A stretch of 62,945 nucleotides of DNA, filler included, from Octopus bimaculoides (GCF_001194135.2; 7 parts of 6 records of this genome joined end to end with filler, not necessarily neighbours in it), one strand, 5' to 3'; shown: positions 13,891 to 27,060, numbered from the whole stretch's first letter. A program made the numbers and translations. The notes: generated by a model from the letters alone, not told the origin.

Positions 13891-14480
13891 AGACAAAAAT
13901 GCTATGAAAATGACCGTTAAATAACGGGAAATTACCCGAATAGGGAGAAAGTAAAACCTCGAAGGTAAACCCACGCTCATAAAAGCTGCGTATGTACGCA
14001 TGTACATACATACACATGTGTGCAGGCACATCCACGTACATGGGCATATATGCATATGCTTACTCACACTCGTGTGAAATACATACATGCACACCCACAC
14101 ACACCTATATGTATACATATATATGCATCTATACACATGTACACACATACATACCCGCACACATGCACGCACAATTATGTTCATATACACGTCTCTATAC
14201 GCACATGCTTAATATGCAGGGTGAAAAGTAATGTACAGAAAAAATATATAAAAATATATAAAGCAATAAGATATAAAAAATATACACAAAAATATGTAAA
14301 AATATATATGTAAGAAATGAAATGCTTGTACATGGACACAATATAAAAAGCATGTTCTATCTGTGATCTTGGGGGACCAAAAGGTAACAAATATTTAGCC
14401 ATATGTGGACATGATCCATAAAGTTCGGTTCTTGAATTTAGACATATAGCGGGATCTAAGCTGCTTTTCAAGAAGAGGAC
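13891..14480 (-). mobile_element. Penelope-like element fragment (GIY-YIG C-terminal tail plus part of pseudo-LTR)
   Basis: SLDPAICLNSRTELYGSCPHMAKYLL; 14300-14470 matches 61090-61260, and 13891-13950 matches the reverse complement of ~62030-62075. Confidence 0.75.
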
Positions 14481-14579
14481 TGGTGTTCATAGCATTGTCA
14501 AGTATGTAGAAGCAGCAAGTTCTGTCTGACATGAAGGCAGCTGAGGATTTCATGCATGAATTCCATAAAAAAGTATTTT

Positions 14580-14722
14580 GGGGTGGTTTTGTAGGGCTGG
14601 AACGGATTGATTATATTTTAATTGATTTCAATGGGAGAAAATTGATTTGTAAAACGAGTAGATCGTAAAACGAGATCGCTCATGGAACGAATTAGGCTCG
14701 TACTGCGAGGTATCACTGTATG
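14580..14722. mobile_element. Tigger/pogo-like MITE end
   Basis: Ends in CGAGGTATCACTGTA, a typical TcMar-Tigger TIR plus TA. Confidence 0.5.
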
Positions 14723-15439
14723 TCACCGTACAATCCAAAATGAAACAACAAAGATTATTTCGTCTGTTGGAAATCATTTTTAATGTTATCCAGCTCAAAA
14801 ATAGATATTACTCTCATTTCACTGAGATTGTTGACACATTTAACAGAAACTTCTAATTTTAACAGAGAAAAGGTCAAAACGAATCATTGGTGGTATTTAG
14901 AAGTTATTTCTATGAATGAAAAATCGACCAAATAAAAGTAGTAGTAGAATCGGTAGGGGGAAGGGGAATGCGCTGAAAAGGCGAGTCGCTGCACCCACCA
15001 TTTGTTGATGAGTCCCTTCTCTTGGAGCTTGACATCCTTGCACCACTCAGGCCACACGTGAGGTCTGTTTGGGGGTAGTCATTGCAAAATCTACCTCAAC
15101 CGCTTATAGTCGATTTTTGAGAGACAGAAAGGAAACGTCGGGTCTGTCTTTTGGTATGCCGGTCCCCACACAGCACTAGAGCGACTTTGCTCAAGAACGC
15201 ATACACGCCGCTCGGTATGGGAATCGAACCAGCGGTCTGGTGATCGTTAATGCAACACCTTAACCACTACGCTACACGCTTTCGCAAATAAATGGAAATC
15301 TAAATGAAATTAACTATGAAGGCCACATCTGACCCCATTGATAGGGGCTACTGACCTACGAAAGAAAAGCTCAGTGTTTTGTGTTCAGTTATTGACCCTG
15401 TGTTCGATCTAGTTCTAAGTTGGTCCAACAAATGTTACT

Positions 15440-15650
15440 TAAAAGCCTCGGGTAGCGATCTAGCAGAATCGTTGGCACCCGGGCAAAATGTTTTGGGGTA
15501 TTTCGTCCGTCTTCAAGTTCTCGTATCAAATTCCACTGAGGTTGACTTTGCCTTTCATCTTTTCGGGATCGATAAAAATAAGTACCAACTGAACACTGGT
15601 GTTGGTGACATCAACCTACCGCCTCCTCTCCAAAATTTGAAACCACAGAA
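15440..15650 (+). mobile_element. SINE family A copy
   Basis: GCAGAATCGTT..CCGGGCAAAATG..TCAAATTCCACTGAGGTTGACTTTGCCTTTCATC. Confidence 0.7.
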
Positions 15651-16656
15651 CTATTCAAAAGCCTCGACTATTTCGCATTTACTGCATCACCTTTACAACA
15701 TCATCTCGATGACATTACGATCACAGCATCATTGCCACTACATCACCTAAACATCGTTTGTCACAATATTACTGAAACATTGTCTCTACAACTTCACTTT
15801 GATAACATCGACCATTCAAGAGCTGCTACACAGCACTCGTGCAAAAAGAAAGCTTAATGGGACAAAAGAAAAAGAAAGAAAAGTACGACAAAAGCTGCAA
15901 ACTCCTAAAAATAGTCCCCATGAGTTAAGTCTATAATATCGACCTCAGTGTTCAACTAGTATTTCTTATATCGACTCCGAAAAGATGAAAGGCAAGTCGA
16001 CCTCGGCGGAATAACATTTTGACATAATATTAACACTTAACATTCAGTTGGTCATCCTCTCTTTTATAGAAACCTAACGTTTGCACAACTCCGACGAAAA
16101 TGAACTTAAAAAAAGAAATATCTCACAGTATCCTAAGGAATTTCAAACAAATAAAACACGACCTTGAAAAGTCCCTTCGATATTTGGGTCAATTTATATT
16201 CGTTTTATTTTTACGTGATGCATGTCACCAGCATCATTCAAAAATTGCTCAACCATCTTCTTATACATGGAGTCGACAAAGGAATTCTTGAAACGTTTTT
16301 GATGCTCTGCGTTGGCACATATTTGCTGGTTTTGTTGGCGGTTCACCACAAACTTTAATTACCAGTATTAATTTGGAAACCTAATATTTCCTAAGATATT
16401 TAATGGTTTTCCAGAGAGAATGGTAAGGTTATATCCCGAACGGAAACCAAAATTCTAACAGTTGTATAAAGGCCACTGAAACAATCTTCCCCATCAATAG
16501 TAGCTTAACCAAGATTCCATAACTGACCGATTCAGGAAAGAAATCCTTTTCCAAATATTTTGAAGGGTCTGCCACCTTGAAGGACTGGTGGTGAGAAGTG
16601 ATGAAAAATGCCAAATACAATCATGCTACAGAAATTGTTCACTTGACCTTCCATTC

Positions 16657-17819
16657 CAGCGGCTTTCAACCGTGGTCTATACACCCACTGAGGGTCCAGA
16701 TAAGATTTTTGGGGCTCTACGTAACAAAATAGTAAATTGGGGGATCCAATAGCATTTTAAGGGCCCCTGAAAAAAACCTGGTGTTAGATGCATGTGTAGT
16801 GGGCTGGGTGTGATGTGCTATATCAGTTCGATATGATGTCGCCCACTACTGAATGGAGCGTGTAGATGTAACGCTTGAAGGTTCTCATGTCGGAGTAACC
16901 AGTGAACATCGAAGAATTGACTCCAAGAAGGAAGAAATGTTATTTACATTTATTTATTCGTTTACTCGACAGGTTGTTAAAGAGACAGTAACAATTCTAG
17001 TGATGGTAACGACAAGGATGACTCGCTGGTTAGTAGTTGATATGTAGAAAAAGGTTGTCAGTAGAGAGGGAAAGAGTAAGGAATGCATGGTGCTGACTAG
17101 AAAGGAAGAAAGGATAAAGGCGGCATAACCATTCTTGCGGTCGAAAGCTTCTCTTCGCATGTCGAGCGAAGGGCGAACAGAAGTGCTGGTCTTGGTTAAG
17201 GCTGATGCAAAAGCAGGTGTTGCTCCTTGTTCATAGCTGACCATAAGAGGAAGAGTTAGGAATTCTCTCTGTTATATAGACTATGGTCAGTAATGTAGGT
17301 CAAACCTTAAACAAAGGATTGACCTTTCCTTGACCAGTACAGGTCCTAGGGGTGGAGTGTTTCCCCATCAATCATCTGGTGTGGAGAGGATTTCCCGCTC
17401 GTTTTGACAAGCAACAAGTAGGTGGATTTGGTTTCAAATCTCAGGCAGGGTCAGGCTAGACCCCCCACCCACACACATGTATTGGTATGTATTGCAAGAA
17501 ACAGTTCAACCTACATAAGTTAATGTATGAAAAACAAGATAGGAATTTTGAAAGAAGTTTCTATGAAACTAGTTTTTAAACATCGAATATTTCTTTATTA
17601 AAGAAGTTGCTAATTGTAAAATACTTTAAACGTCTGTCTTTATACAGGTTGGGGGTGGGGGTGGGGTGACATGGTTGTCATCTGACGCTTATATCATTTT
17701 TGTATTTTGCTACATGTAAAATAGACTTTCTTAGTTTTCATTTCTCTTCTTGTCAATAAACACACGCACTGAAATCAAAGAGGTCCATAGATTTTTTTTT
17801 TAATGGTTGAGAACCCCTG
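16657..17819. mobile_element. Non-autonomous hAT element, 1.16 kb
   Basis: TIRs CAGCGGCTTTCAACC / GGTTGAGAACCCCTG (12/15 match); flanks TTCCATTC vs TTCCAATT (6/8, TSD-like). Confidence 0.55.
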
Positions 17820-20301
17820 TTCCAATTGTTCAACACGAGATATATCTATCAACATATTTCATGCTATCACTCATTTCGTCAAAACCAATGCGAGACCCTC
17901 TATGTAGTCACTTGACCAGCTAGAAATAGTTATCAAAATCTCCGTTAAACTACATCCTATGTTTTTTAAAAGAGGAAAAACAATTGGATAATGTAGCTCC
18001 AGATACTGTATTTAAGACAAAATAACCGAGGTTGATCATAAATTTACTCAATCAGGGCTGACCTAGGGCTAAAAAAAACCTCTAGAAAAGAGAATCCATC
18101 CCACATTCTATGAAAATATTTCACTCGATCATTATTCCTGTATGTCAATCGTAAATCATGGTTCTTATATATGCGACAGACAGTCGTAAAGTTTGTGCTC
18201 TTCTTCATGATATTTAATGTCAGGTGGTAGAAACAGCCACAGATTGACATATATCGTCCAAGGACTCGAGAAATACCATTAATCATTATTACACTTTCAG
18301 ACACGATAATAACTGTGGTAAGATCTAAACTGAATATCAGATAATTACATTTATCATAAAATGCATCAGAGCAATCATTTTGTAGGAAGCTAATGGAAAA
18401 CTGCTTTAACAGGAAAACTGTAGACACATGACAAAGCATAAAACACAAAGGGATATAAAACTGCTGCAATTGTCCCGGAATCGTCGCCAAAAGCCCGTCT
18501 ACGAACCACATTGTAGTGGGTATTAAATTTGTAAAGTGTTGGCTGGTCTTTCGACTCAGATCTATTATTATAAATGAGAAAATCCTGATTTTTTTTTCTT
18601 GATAAACTCCTGTGATATAGTTCGAACATTGAAAAGTGTTCTTTATCGTGCATTATTGAGTGAAGCCGATCCAAGGCTCAACAGGCTTCCAAGTGACTCT
18701 TTGCGTAACGTTTTTGTAACGATATTCACATAATTGCCTCTGTTCATTGTAATACAAGTCTTACTGGTTACTGTGCTATCCACAACATCGTTGCCACGGT
18801 ATCGTCCATGCAGTATCAACTCCACCAACAACACAGTGGCTTCATCCAATTTATATATATATATATATNNNNNNNNNNNNNNNNNNNNNNNNNNNNNNNN
18901 NNNNNNNNNNNNNNNNNNNNNNNNNNNNNNNNNNNNNNNNNNNNNNNNNNNNNNNNNNNNNNNNNNNNNNNNNNNNNNNNNNNNNNNNNNNNNNNNNNNN
19001 NNNNNNNNNNNNNNNNNNNNNNNNNNNNNNNNNNNNNNNNNNNNNNNNNNNNNNNNNNNNNNNNNNNNNNNNNNNNNNNNNNNNNNNNNNNNNNNNNNNN
19101 NNNNNNNNNNNNNNNNNNNNNNNNNNNNNNNNNNNNNNNNNNNNNNNNNNNNNNNNNNNNNNNNNNNNNNNNNNNNNNNNNNNNNNNNNNNNNNNNNNNN
19201 NNNNNNNNNNNNNNNNNNNNNNNNNNNNNNNNNNNNNNNNNNNNNNNNNNNNNNNNNNNNNNNNNNNNNNNNNNNNNNNNNNNNNNNNNNNNNNNNNTAT
19301 ATATATATACACACACAAGTTAACTGAAAGATGGCCTGAATACCGAAGATACCAGAGATAAAATTGCTGATTGTCTACTATTAATGAGTTTAGATCTTCC
19401 TGTTAGTTTCCACTCGACTTTCAGTTCTATTTCCATTATACCGAAGTGACCTAAAAAAAATAATAAAATGCCATTATTCTCAGGAATGTAACGTATGTAA
19501 GTGAAAGCGTAGCTGCGTTGAAAATGTAGTAAAATTGGCGATGGCCGATTCGTGTGAGTAAGAAGTACGCTACTCGATCACATGGTTCCAGGTTCGCTCC
19601 TGCCTTGTGATACATAAGAGGCATTCTGCCATAGCTCTGGCAAATTAGTTTAAACAGGATCTGCTCAAAAGCCCACCAGACTTTACGTGTTGTAGGGAGA
19701 AGTGTAACACTCTAATCAATTGCTTATATTAACATCACATTCAGATTCTTGGGAGCTTCCAGTGGAGATTACTTGGCCATTACTTGTAGGTCGATCGACT
19801 TTGCTGCGATTCCTTCATTGATTTGGTTGCTATGATGGTTGGTATTAAAAGTCATTTGATAAACTCCGCTACATTTTTGAAATATCGCATCACTTTGCTG
19901 ACAAGTAATATTTAAGAAATTCATATTAAACTGCGTTTACCATGTTTGTAATAATCTCGTTGTTGTTATCATAAAAAGAAATGGATGGGAAGACATAACA
20001 GAAGCAGTTTACATCAAAATCAGATGAGATGAAATGAAAAATAACGGTGTACACAGTACACAAGAAGAGTACAGTCTAGCAGAGCCACTCAAAGGCACTC
20101 ACAAACCCAGAATAACACCGGTAACCCAGCGTCAGTGTCTTCCCTCAGCTGTCATTTCCCGACTTATTTATGCTGTGAGTAGATCCATTCACTCGGGTCA
20201 TGCTGACCACTCACCACTTTGAACTTCCCCACTTCTAATCTTCTATAAAATGAATGCAGATCCGTCAAAAAAACCGATCTTTACAAAAACGTGATTAGAG
20301 G

Positions 20302-20566
20302 TGTTATATGGACTGTTAGATATGTAATTCGTCTGACGTTCCGTGTGTCATGTGGTTCGTCTGAGTTCATTGTTTCATTGTTGTTGTCTTGTGGGACTGT
20401 CGTAGTAAAAGGTCATTGATATATATATGGCGGACATGACTTTTGTTTATTCATAACGAACATTGGGTGAGTGCGTTCTTTGTATGTAATTGAACAATAA
20501 ATGTAATAATTAAATTGTATAACTCGTTATGTTATCTCTGCGAGTCAGTCCGAGGGAAACATAACA
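20302..20566 (+). mobile_element. Probable solo LTR, 265 bp
   Basis: TGTTAT...ATAACA inverted termini, internal AATAAA; left flank AGAGG, right flank AGA then gap (compatible with a 5-bp TSD). Confidence 0.55.
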
Positions 20567-20569
20567 AGA

Positions 20570-20669
20570 NNNNNNNNNNNNNNNNNNNNNNNNNNNNNNN
20601 NNNNNNNNNNNNNTTAATTAATTAANNNNNNNNNNNNNNNNNNNNNNNNNNNNNNNNNNNNNNNNNNNN
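20570..20669. other. Assembly spacer
   Basis: 44 N + TTAATTAATTAA + 44 N. Confidence 0.97.
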
Positions 20670-20982
20670 CTGACGGGTATTCACATTGACATTACACATC
20701 CAACGGAGCATACTGGCTTCATTCCTTGCGAGCTTACGTATGTCCTCAGCAGTTACAGCCCGTGTTTCACTGCCATGTAGCATGGTTGTTCGTACGCATG
20801 CGTCATACAGTCTGCCTTTTACTCTGAGTGAGAGTCCCTTTGTCGCCAGCAGGGGTAAGAGCTCTCTAAACTTTGCCCAGGCTATTCTTATTCTAGCAGC
20901 TACACTTTCAGCGCACCCACCCCCACTACTAACTTGGTCGCCCAGATAGCGGAAGCTATCGACTACCTCTAGTTTTTCACCC
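20670..20982 (-). mobile_element. RTE LINE fragment, RT thumb region, uninterrupted frame
   Basis: GEKLEVVDSFRYLGDQVSSGGGCAESVAARIRIAWAKFRELLPLLATKGLSLRVKGRLYDACVRTTMLHGSET...NEASMLRWMC, about 104 codons without a stop. Confidence 0.9.
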
Positions 20983-21149
20983 TATATATATATATATATA
21001 TATAATGTACATGTATATACACATATATTCACACGTGCATATATGCATATTCCTATATATGTATGTGTATCAAACCAAATTCGACGACTGGTACCCATGC
21101 CAACCTCTCCTTCATTGGACACTAAAACTCTGCTTGCGAAGACCTGCTG

Positions 21150-21655
21150 GGCAAGTGAAATCGAAATCGAAATCGTAATTGAACCAAATTTGATGACTGG
21201 CACCTCCCATGCCAGTGGAGCGCTAACAGCACCATCCAAGCGTGATCATTGCCAGGGCAGCTGTTTGGTTTCCATGCCAGTGGCACGTAAATAGCTCCAT
21301 CTGAGCGTGATCGTTACGAGTGTTGCCTTACTGGCACTTGTGCCGGTAGCACATGAAAAAACATTTGAGTGAGGTCTTTGCCAGTGCCGATGGACTGGCT
21401 CCTGTGCAGGTGGCATGTAAAAAACACCATTTTGAGTGTAGCTGTTGCCAGTACCGCCTGACTGGCCCTCGTGCCGGTGGCACGTAAAAGCACCCACTAC
21501 ACTCTCGGAGTGGTTAGCGTTAGGAAGGGCATCCAGCTGTAGAAACTCTGCCAGATCAGATTGGAGCCTGGTGCAGCCGTCTGGTTCACCAGTCCTCAAT
21601 CAAATCGTCCAACCCATGCTAGCATGGAAAGTGGACATTAGACGATGATGATGAT
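21150..21655 (+). mobile_element. RTE 3'UTR-derived repeat (truncated LINE or SINE) with internal tandem modules
   Basis: GGTTAGCGTTAGGAAGGGCATCCAGCTGTAGAAAC...CATGCTAGCATGGAAAG..GAC + (GAT)n tail; the same UTR follows an RTE ORF end at 23440-24240. Confidence 0.8.
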
Positions 21656-22511
21656 GGTAGTAAAATAAGGATTCAGATAGAATCAGGTACTTGGAAAGAT
21701 ATGCTTTGGGTAGGGTTGGATAATCTCTGTGGTTTTGGCCTATGGTTGGTGAGCATCAAATAGGATATTTTGTTTGGCTGTGTAAACAGAGAAAACCAAC
21801 CCTATGAGTATTTAGCACCTAGGGGCTGGTCTAAATCATGTGTTGCTTTAAATAGTACATTGTTAGTATACTCTAGGGTGTCCAACAAGTCGTAAATCCC
21901 CTCGGTGTAGTATAATGAAATGAATAATAACATACGATGGATAATTGTCAGCTGATTACAGCTGTTTCTCAGGTAACTTTTTAATAGAAAAATGAGAACA
22001 TTACTCCATTACAAAAGACTGTAATCATCAGATGAGAAGTAATTTTACAGACAAAAGAATATCCCAAGAATACAGCAATGAAATGGGAGAATGACCAACT
22101 AAGTTGACCATGAAGGTTAAGAATATAGTTTTTGAAAGTGCTGTTTAAAGTGTTGTTTGAAAGTTGTTGTCTATGTTGTTTAAATACATTCCACAGGTCC
22201 ACTCTCAGTTATTTTTCTTAGCTCATTTTTGTTTTACTCCTGCAAACTACCCAGGCTGTAATTGTATTCTATTCCTTTTCATATATACCTAACTCCTTTG
22301 GCTACTGGTGACAGGGTCAGACAATTGCTGTACTGTTGATGATTATTGAGTCTGAAACACATACCCATGACCATCCTCTTATCTCCAGACAATAAGGCTG
22401 TCTTTTTCCTTAATGAAGAGTCAACTTTGGAGAATTCTTGAATTATGAGATCATCACCTTTTTTCAGGTGGAGCTGGTCTTAACTGCCATTTGGTAATTA
22501 TGTTACCAAAT

Positions 22512-22835
22512 GTGAAGGCATGTGGTTTTGTGGTTAGTGTAATTGGCTCACAATCATAAGGTTGTGAGTTCAATTCCTGATGGCGTGTTGTGTCCTTGAG
22601 CAAGACGCTTTATTTCACTTTACTCCAGTCCACTCAGCTGACAAAAAGGAGTTGTACCTGTATTTTAAAGGGCCAGCCTTGTCACATTATGTGTCACCCT
22701 GAATTTCCCTGAGAACTACGCTAAGGGCACATGTGTCTGTGGAGCCACTTGCACATTAATTTTATGAGCAGGCTGTTCTGTTGATTGGATCAACTGGAAC
22801 CTTCATTGTTATAACTGACAGAGTGCCAGTTTACA
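22512..22835 (+). mobile_element. tRNA-derived CORE-type SINE
   Basis: A/B-box-like head (GTGGTTAG; GAGTTCAATTCC) followed by TGTGTCCTTGAGCAAGAC core. Confidence 0.6.
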
Positions 22836-23063
22836 TCCTGTAGAGGTGGAGATAACCTTAATAAGTCAAGAATTCATGTTGTATGGTATTTCATATATCT
22901 GTATTTCTCTATCATAAAACACTTTGTTAAATTTTGCTATTCACCATGGCCTTTGTGGTAAAACAACAATAAAAACTTTTGCTTTTATTTCATTTTGTTG
23001 AAGTTTATCATCATTATATAACTGCCAATCTTTCACCATTTACTCTACAAACTCCTTCTACAG

Positions 23064-23299
23064 GGAGCAATGTCACATGGTGTAAACCCAACCTATGCAA
23101 AAGATGTTGATGTAATAGTACCGAATGTCTGCAGCCAGACTTGGAATGTCATTTACAATGGTGAACCAATCATTGACACCTCATCACTCAATGAAGTCAA
23201 CTTTGAGGCAGCCTTCAGTGGGATATCTACCCGTAAAGTGATAATGGAGGAGAAGAATATATACTGTGGTGCCTACAATGTGATGATATTGCAAAACAA
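23064..23299 (+). CDS. FBXW10: FBXW10/CDRT1-like, first visible coding exon (phase 0-2), linker between F-box and WD40
   Basis: cag|GGA GCA ATG...AAC AA|gtaagt; GAMSHGVNPTYAKDVDVIVP...MEEKNIYCGAYNVMIL resembles vertebrate FBXW10 (GSYTRGIDPNYANKV...EERNVFCGTYNVRIL, from memory). Confidence 0.85.
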
Positions 23300-23439
23300 G
23301 TAAGTTTATCATATGCAATATGTTTACTGAAAGTTTATCACATACACTACAGGTTTATCAAGAGTTGAATACATATATCACAGCATTCAGCACAGGGACG
23401 ATATCAAACTGAACAATTTCTTCGACAATATCAAATCAT

Positions 23440-24240
23440 CATTGTTGTTTAATGTCCATTTTCCATGCTGGCATGTGTTGGATGCCTTGACAAGAGCTGG
23501 TATGGCTGGGGGCTGCACTAGGTTTCATAGTCAGTTTTGGCTTGGTTTTTACAGCTGGATGCTCTTCCTAATGCTGACCACTTTATAAAGTGTACTCGGT
23601 GCTTTTGATATGATACCATCACTAGTGCTTTTTATATGGCACCAGCTCCAGTACTTTTTACATGACGCCAGCACCAATGCATTTTATGTGGAGCCAGCAC
23701 CAACACTAATGCTTTTCACATGATACCTTGGTTTTAGGACATCAATTCTGCAATGGTGGGCAAATCTTCTTGAGTACAGCAATGTGCTACATATCTCAGT
23801 TCTCTGTCATTTTTGTAAGGCGTGGTGTTTTGAGATCAGCCTTCAATACTTTGTCGCATGTCTTCCTAGGTCTCCCTCTTCCACACCTTCCTTCCACTTT
23901 AAGTGATCAGAACTTCTTTATGCAACTGTCCTCATCCTGACCAAATGAGCGCAGTCTCCTCTCTTGCTCACTGCATATAATTCCTCTTATGCCTAACTTC
24001 TCTTGCAAAACCTTTGTGGTCTGTCATACATGTACATTAAGATTGCATATCCAGCAGAGCACGCCAGTTTCATTTCTCTTTCATCTTCACATGTCCTCTG
24101 CATTCAGGATCCACATCTGACTACCATGTAATATTGCAGCTTGTACACATGTATCATATAATCTTCTTTTCACTCAGAGAGAGAGAGAGAGAGAGAGACA
24201 TTTGATTGCCAACAGGGATAAAAACTCTTCCCATCTATTA
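23440..24240 (-). mobile_element. RTE LINE 3' end (ORF C-terminus plus 3'UTR), intronic
   Basis: Same family as 20670-20982; remnant KVEG.CGRGRPRKT motif; UTR with GGATGC.CTTCCTAA. Confidence 0.75.
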
Positions 24241-25099
24241 TCTTCAAAATCACAAAATTCCAAGAAATTAGTGTTTATCACTTGTCCTCAGGTGTAATAT
24301 TCTTGAACTCAGCCCTGAGAGACAACAAAACACAGGTAGACTTAACTATCCTTTGTCAAGTGTATTGGTCATAGGTAGTGTGCATTGAACTATACCATAG
24401 TCATAGCTAAGTGGACTGAGCAGTTATGTGTCTCAGATATATACACAATACAGTGAATGATACTACACTATGGTACTTACATTGCGCTATGTGGACTGAG
24501 CTGTTGACAGTTAAGTGTCTTATATATAGGGAATAGTATATACAGTGAATAGTACCTCACTATGGTATCAACTTTCAGCTAGGTCAACTAGGTTATTGAT
24601 ACTAAAGTCTCTTGTCTATAGATACAGTACAGTGAAGTGGTACCTACTTACAACTAAGTAGACTGGGCAATTGATAATTATGTGTCACAGACATTTCAGT
24701 TAATACATTGCTGGTGTGAGTACCTGAACAATCAGAGTCTTAACTCAGCCAGCCATGTTCTGTTACCACGTTTATATTCTTACAAAGAAGATAAATGTAA
24801 AACAGTTAAAGAAGAAAATTTAACTTTTGGTGGCAGGCTTCTAGAAAAACTAGGTTTGTGATAAAGCTTCAATTCCATATCCACCCCCTTTACACCTGCC
24901 CTCTCCCTATCTATTTGTGTACATGTGTGTGACTGTGCATACATATATCCCACTTTCTCCTCTGCCTCTCTATCTCTTATATGTATGTATCTCACACTCT
25001 CTTCCTACATACATACACATACATACATACATACATACATACATACATACATACATACATACATACATACATACATACGCACGTACATATACAAATCTG

Positions 25100-25235
25100 C
25101 ACATGTACATACATATATACAAAGATATCCTGTTGATGTTGTTGAAATTCCAGTGAAGGACCCTTGGCTCTAGGTTAGAAATAAACACTTTCTCTATTGT
25201 CAAGAAATCTTGAAATAAAACTGAATAAGGACATA
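25100..25235 (+). mobile_element. 3'UTR-only copy of the (CATA)n-associated RLE LINE
   Basis: Similar to 26480-26610 and 35280-35395; (CATA)n on both sides. Confidence 0.75.
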
Positions 25236-25266
25236 CATACATACATACACACATACATACATACAA

Positions 25267-26455
25267 ATGCATAATTTCCACATAAACAGTGACATAGACC
25301 GCCCCTACCTAAAACGTAAACAAGGCGGCAGAGGCTTAACATCAATCCAAAATGCCTTTGAATGTTGCATCATATCCCTTCAGCAACATCTTTTAATCAC
25401 CAAGTGTCAAAGTGCATCGCTTGACCAAGTTTGCATACATGAGGCTGATAACATAAGACTTGGAAGGTAGCTCTTTGAGCAACACTCTTTGTCTGATAAT
25501 CTAGAATACACGCCCAAAGAGGTTGCACGACTCTACTACAACGTATCATCAGATGAAAGGATGAACTTATATGAGCAGAAGACTATGCATGGATATGCTA
25601 GTAGAAAGTTCTGTGATGATAGTAACATCAATCATCAAAGCAGTTTATCATGGACCAGTAGCCAGATTACTACCTCCCACTTTGAAGGGTATGCATTTGC
25701 AATTTAGGAATAGGAAATATCAGCCAAGTACCTGATGCACAAAAGGGATAGAGATGCAGGCAAAGCAGTAAAATGTGACAACCGATGCAGACTTTGTGGA
25801 GTTCACACTGAAAATATCACCCACATCATAAGCAGTTGTCCGAAAATGTCATTACAGTATCATCTACCAATGAGACATGATGTAGCTTGGACACTCTATA
25901 ATGAAATCTGTCAGAAGGATAATCCCAAGGATAAAGAAATAAGAACCCACAATATAGTAGAGGCCATAGCTACTCACAGTAAAAGGGAATATTGGTGGAA
26001 TGTACCAGTGATGACCTCAATAAAATGTAAGCACAACAGACCTGATATAATGATCTGGGATAGAGAAGAGAGACTATGCACAGTTGTGGAAATTAGCTGC
26101 CCAGTGGATGTTAACATAAAGCTGAAGATCAATGGAAAAGAGAACACCTATACTGAGCTATTGAGAAATCTGCAGTTATTCTATTCAGATTACAAGTTCA
26201 GGTTTATATCTGTAATTATTGGGGCCCTGGGATATGTAACACACTGCCTAAATACCAATCTTGAGAAATTAGGCTTCTCAAAACCAGAAAGGAGAAAGCT
26301 AATTCAAAGACTACAGATACAATCCATCACTGGAACTGTAATAATTTTAAAAATTTTCCAGAAGTTTATCATTTAAATATATATGATCATGTCTAGATAT
26401 GCAACTATATGCATGAGAATACATACTTAAAACATAGAAATCTGCACATATATGC

Positions 26456-26486
<31 letters not shown>

Positions 26487-26610
26487 CAAACAAAAATACC
26501 CTGTTGTTGATGTTAAAATTCCAATGAAGGAGCCTTGGATCTAGGTTAGAAACCGGTTCTTTCTCTATTGGCAAGAAATCTTGATATAAACTGAATAATG
26601 ACATACATAC
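25267..26610 (+). mobile_element. 5'-truncated R4/Dong-like (RLE) LINE
   Basis: One frame 25267-26376 with three in-frame stops: IDRPYLKRKQGGRGL, CRLC..E..THIISSC knuckle, RHD, NRPDIMIWD..VEISCP..K..Y endonuclease; then 3'UTR and (CATA)n. Confidence 0.9.
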
Positions 26611-27060
26611 ATGCATAGATACATACATACGTACATACACACATACACACATACACGCTCATACATATGCACACACATACACACACATACATACATACAT
26701 ACATACATACATACATACATACATACGTACATACATACATACAGACATACATACATAAATACACACATACATACATAAACAATTTCATGATACCTCTCAT
26801 CTGCAATGTTTTCTTCACTTTCTTTACACAATGTGGTACTTGCAAATGCTAGCAATGACCCAGTCTTCAGCAGCAAAGCAGTGCTTCATGTTCATCTGAG
26901 ATTTAAATATTTGCCACTTATCATCACTTGTCACACCATTTTCAAATTGTCTAAACTGTGGCTCAAACAAACAAAGACTCAGTTTTCAACAGTGTGACAG
27001 TGTTTCATTCTTACAGGTTTATTTATCCATCCTTATTTATATTCTGCTCTGGAATTTCAG

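Noticed and set aside
19320-19360. Hammerhead-like CTGAAAGATGGCC...CCGAAGA next to a TA gap
   Set aside because: Both core segments are non-canonical and no stems I or III can be formed
21150-23720. Inverted RTE-UTR copies flanking exon 23064-23299 as a circRNA driver
   Set aside because: The copies are clearly diverged, and such pairs are expected by chance at this repeat density
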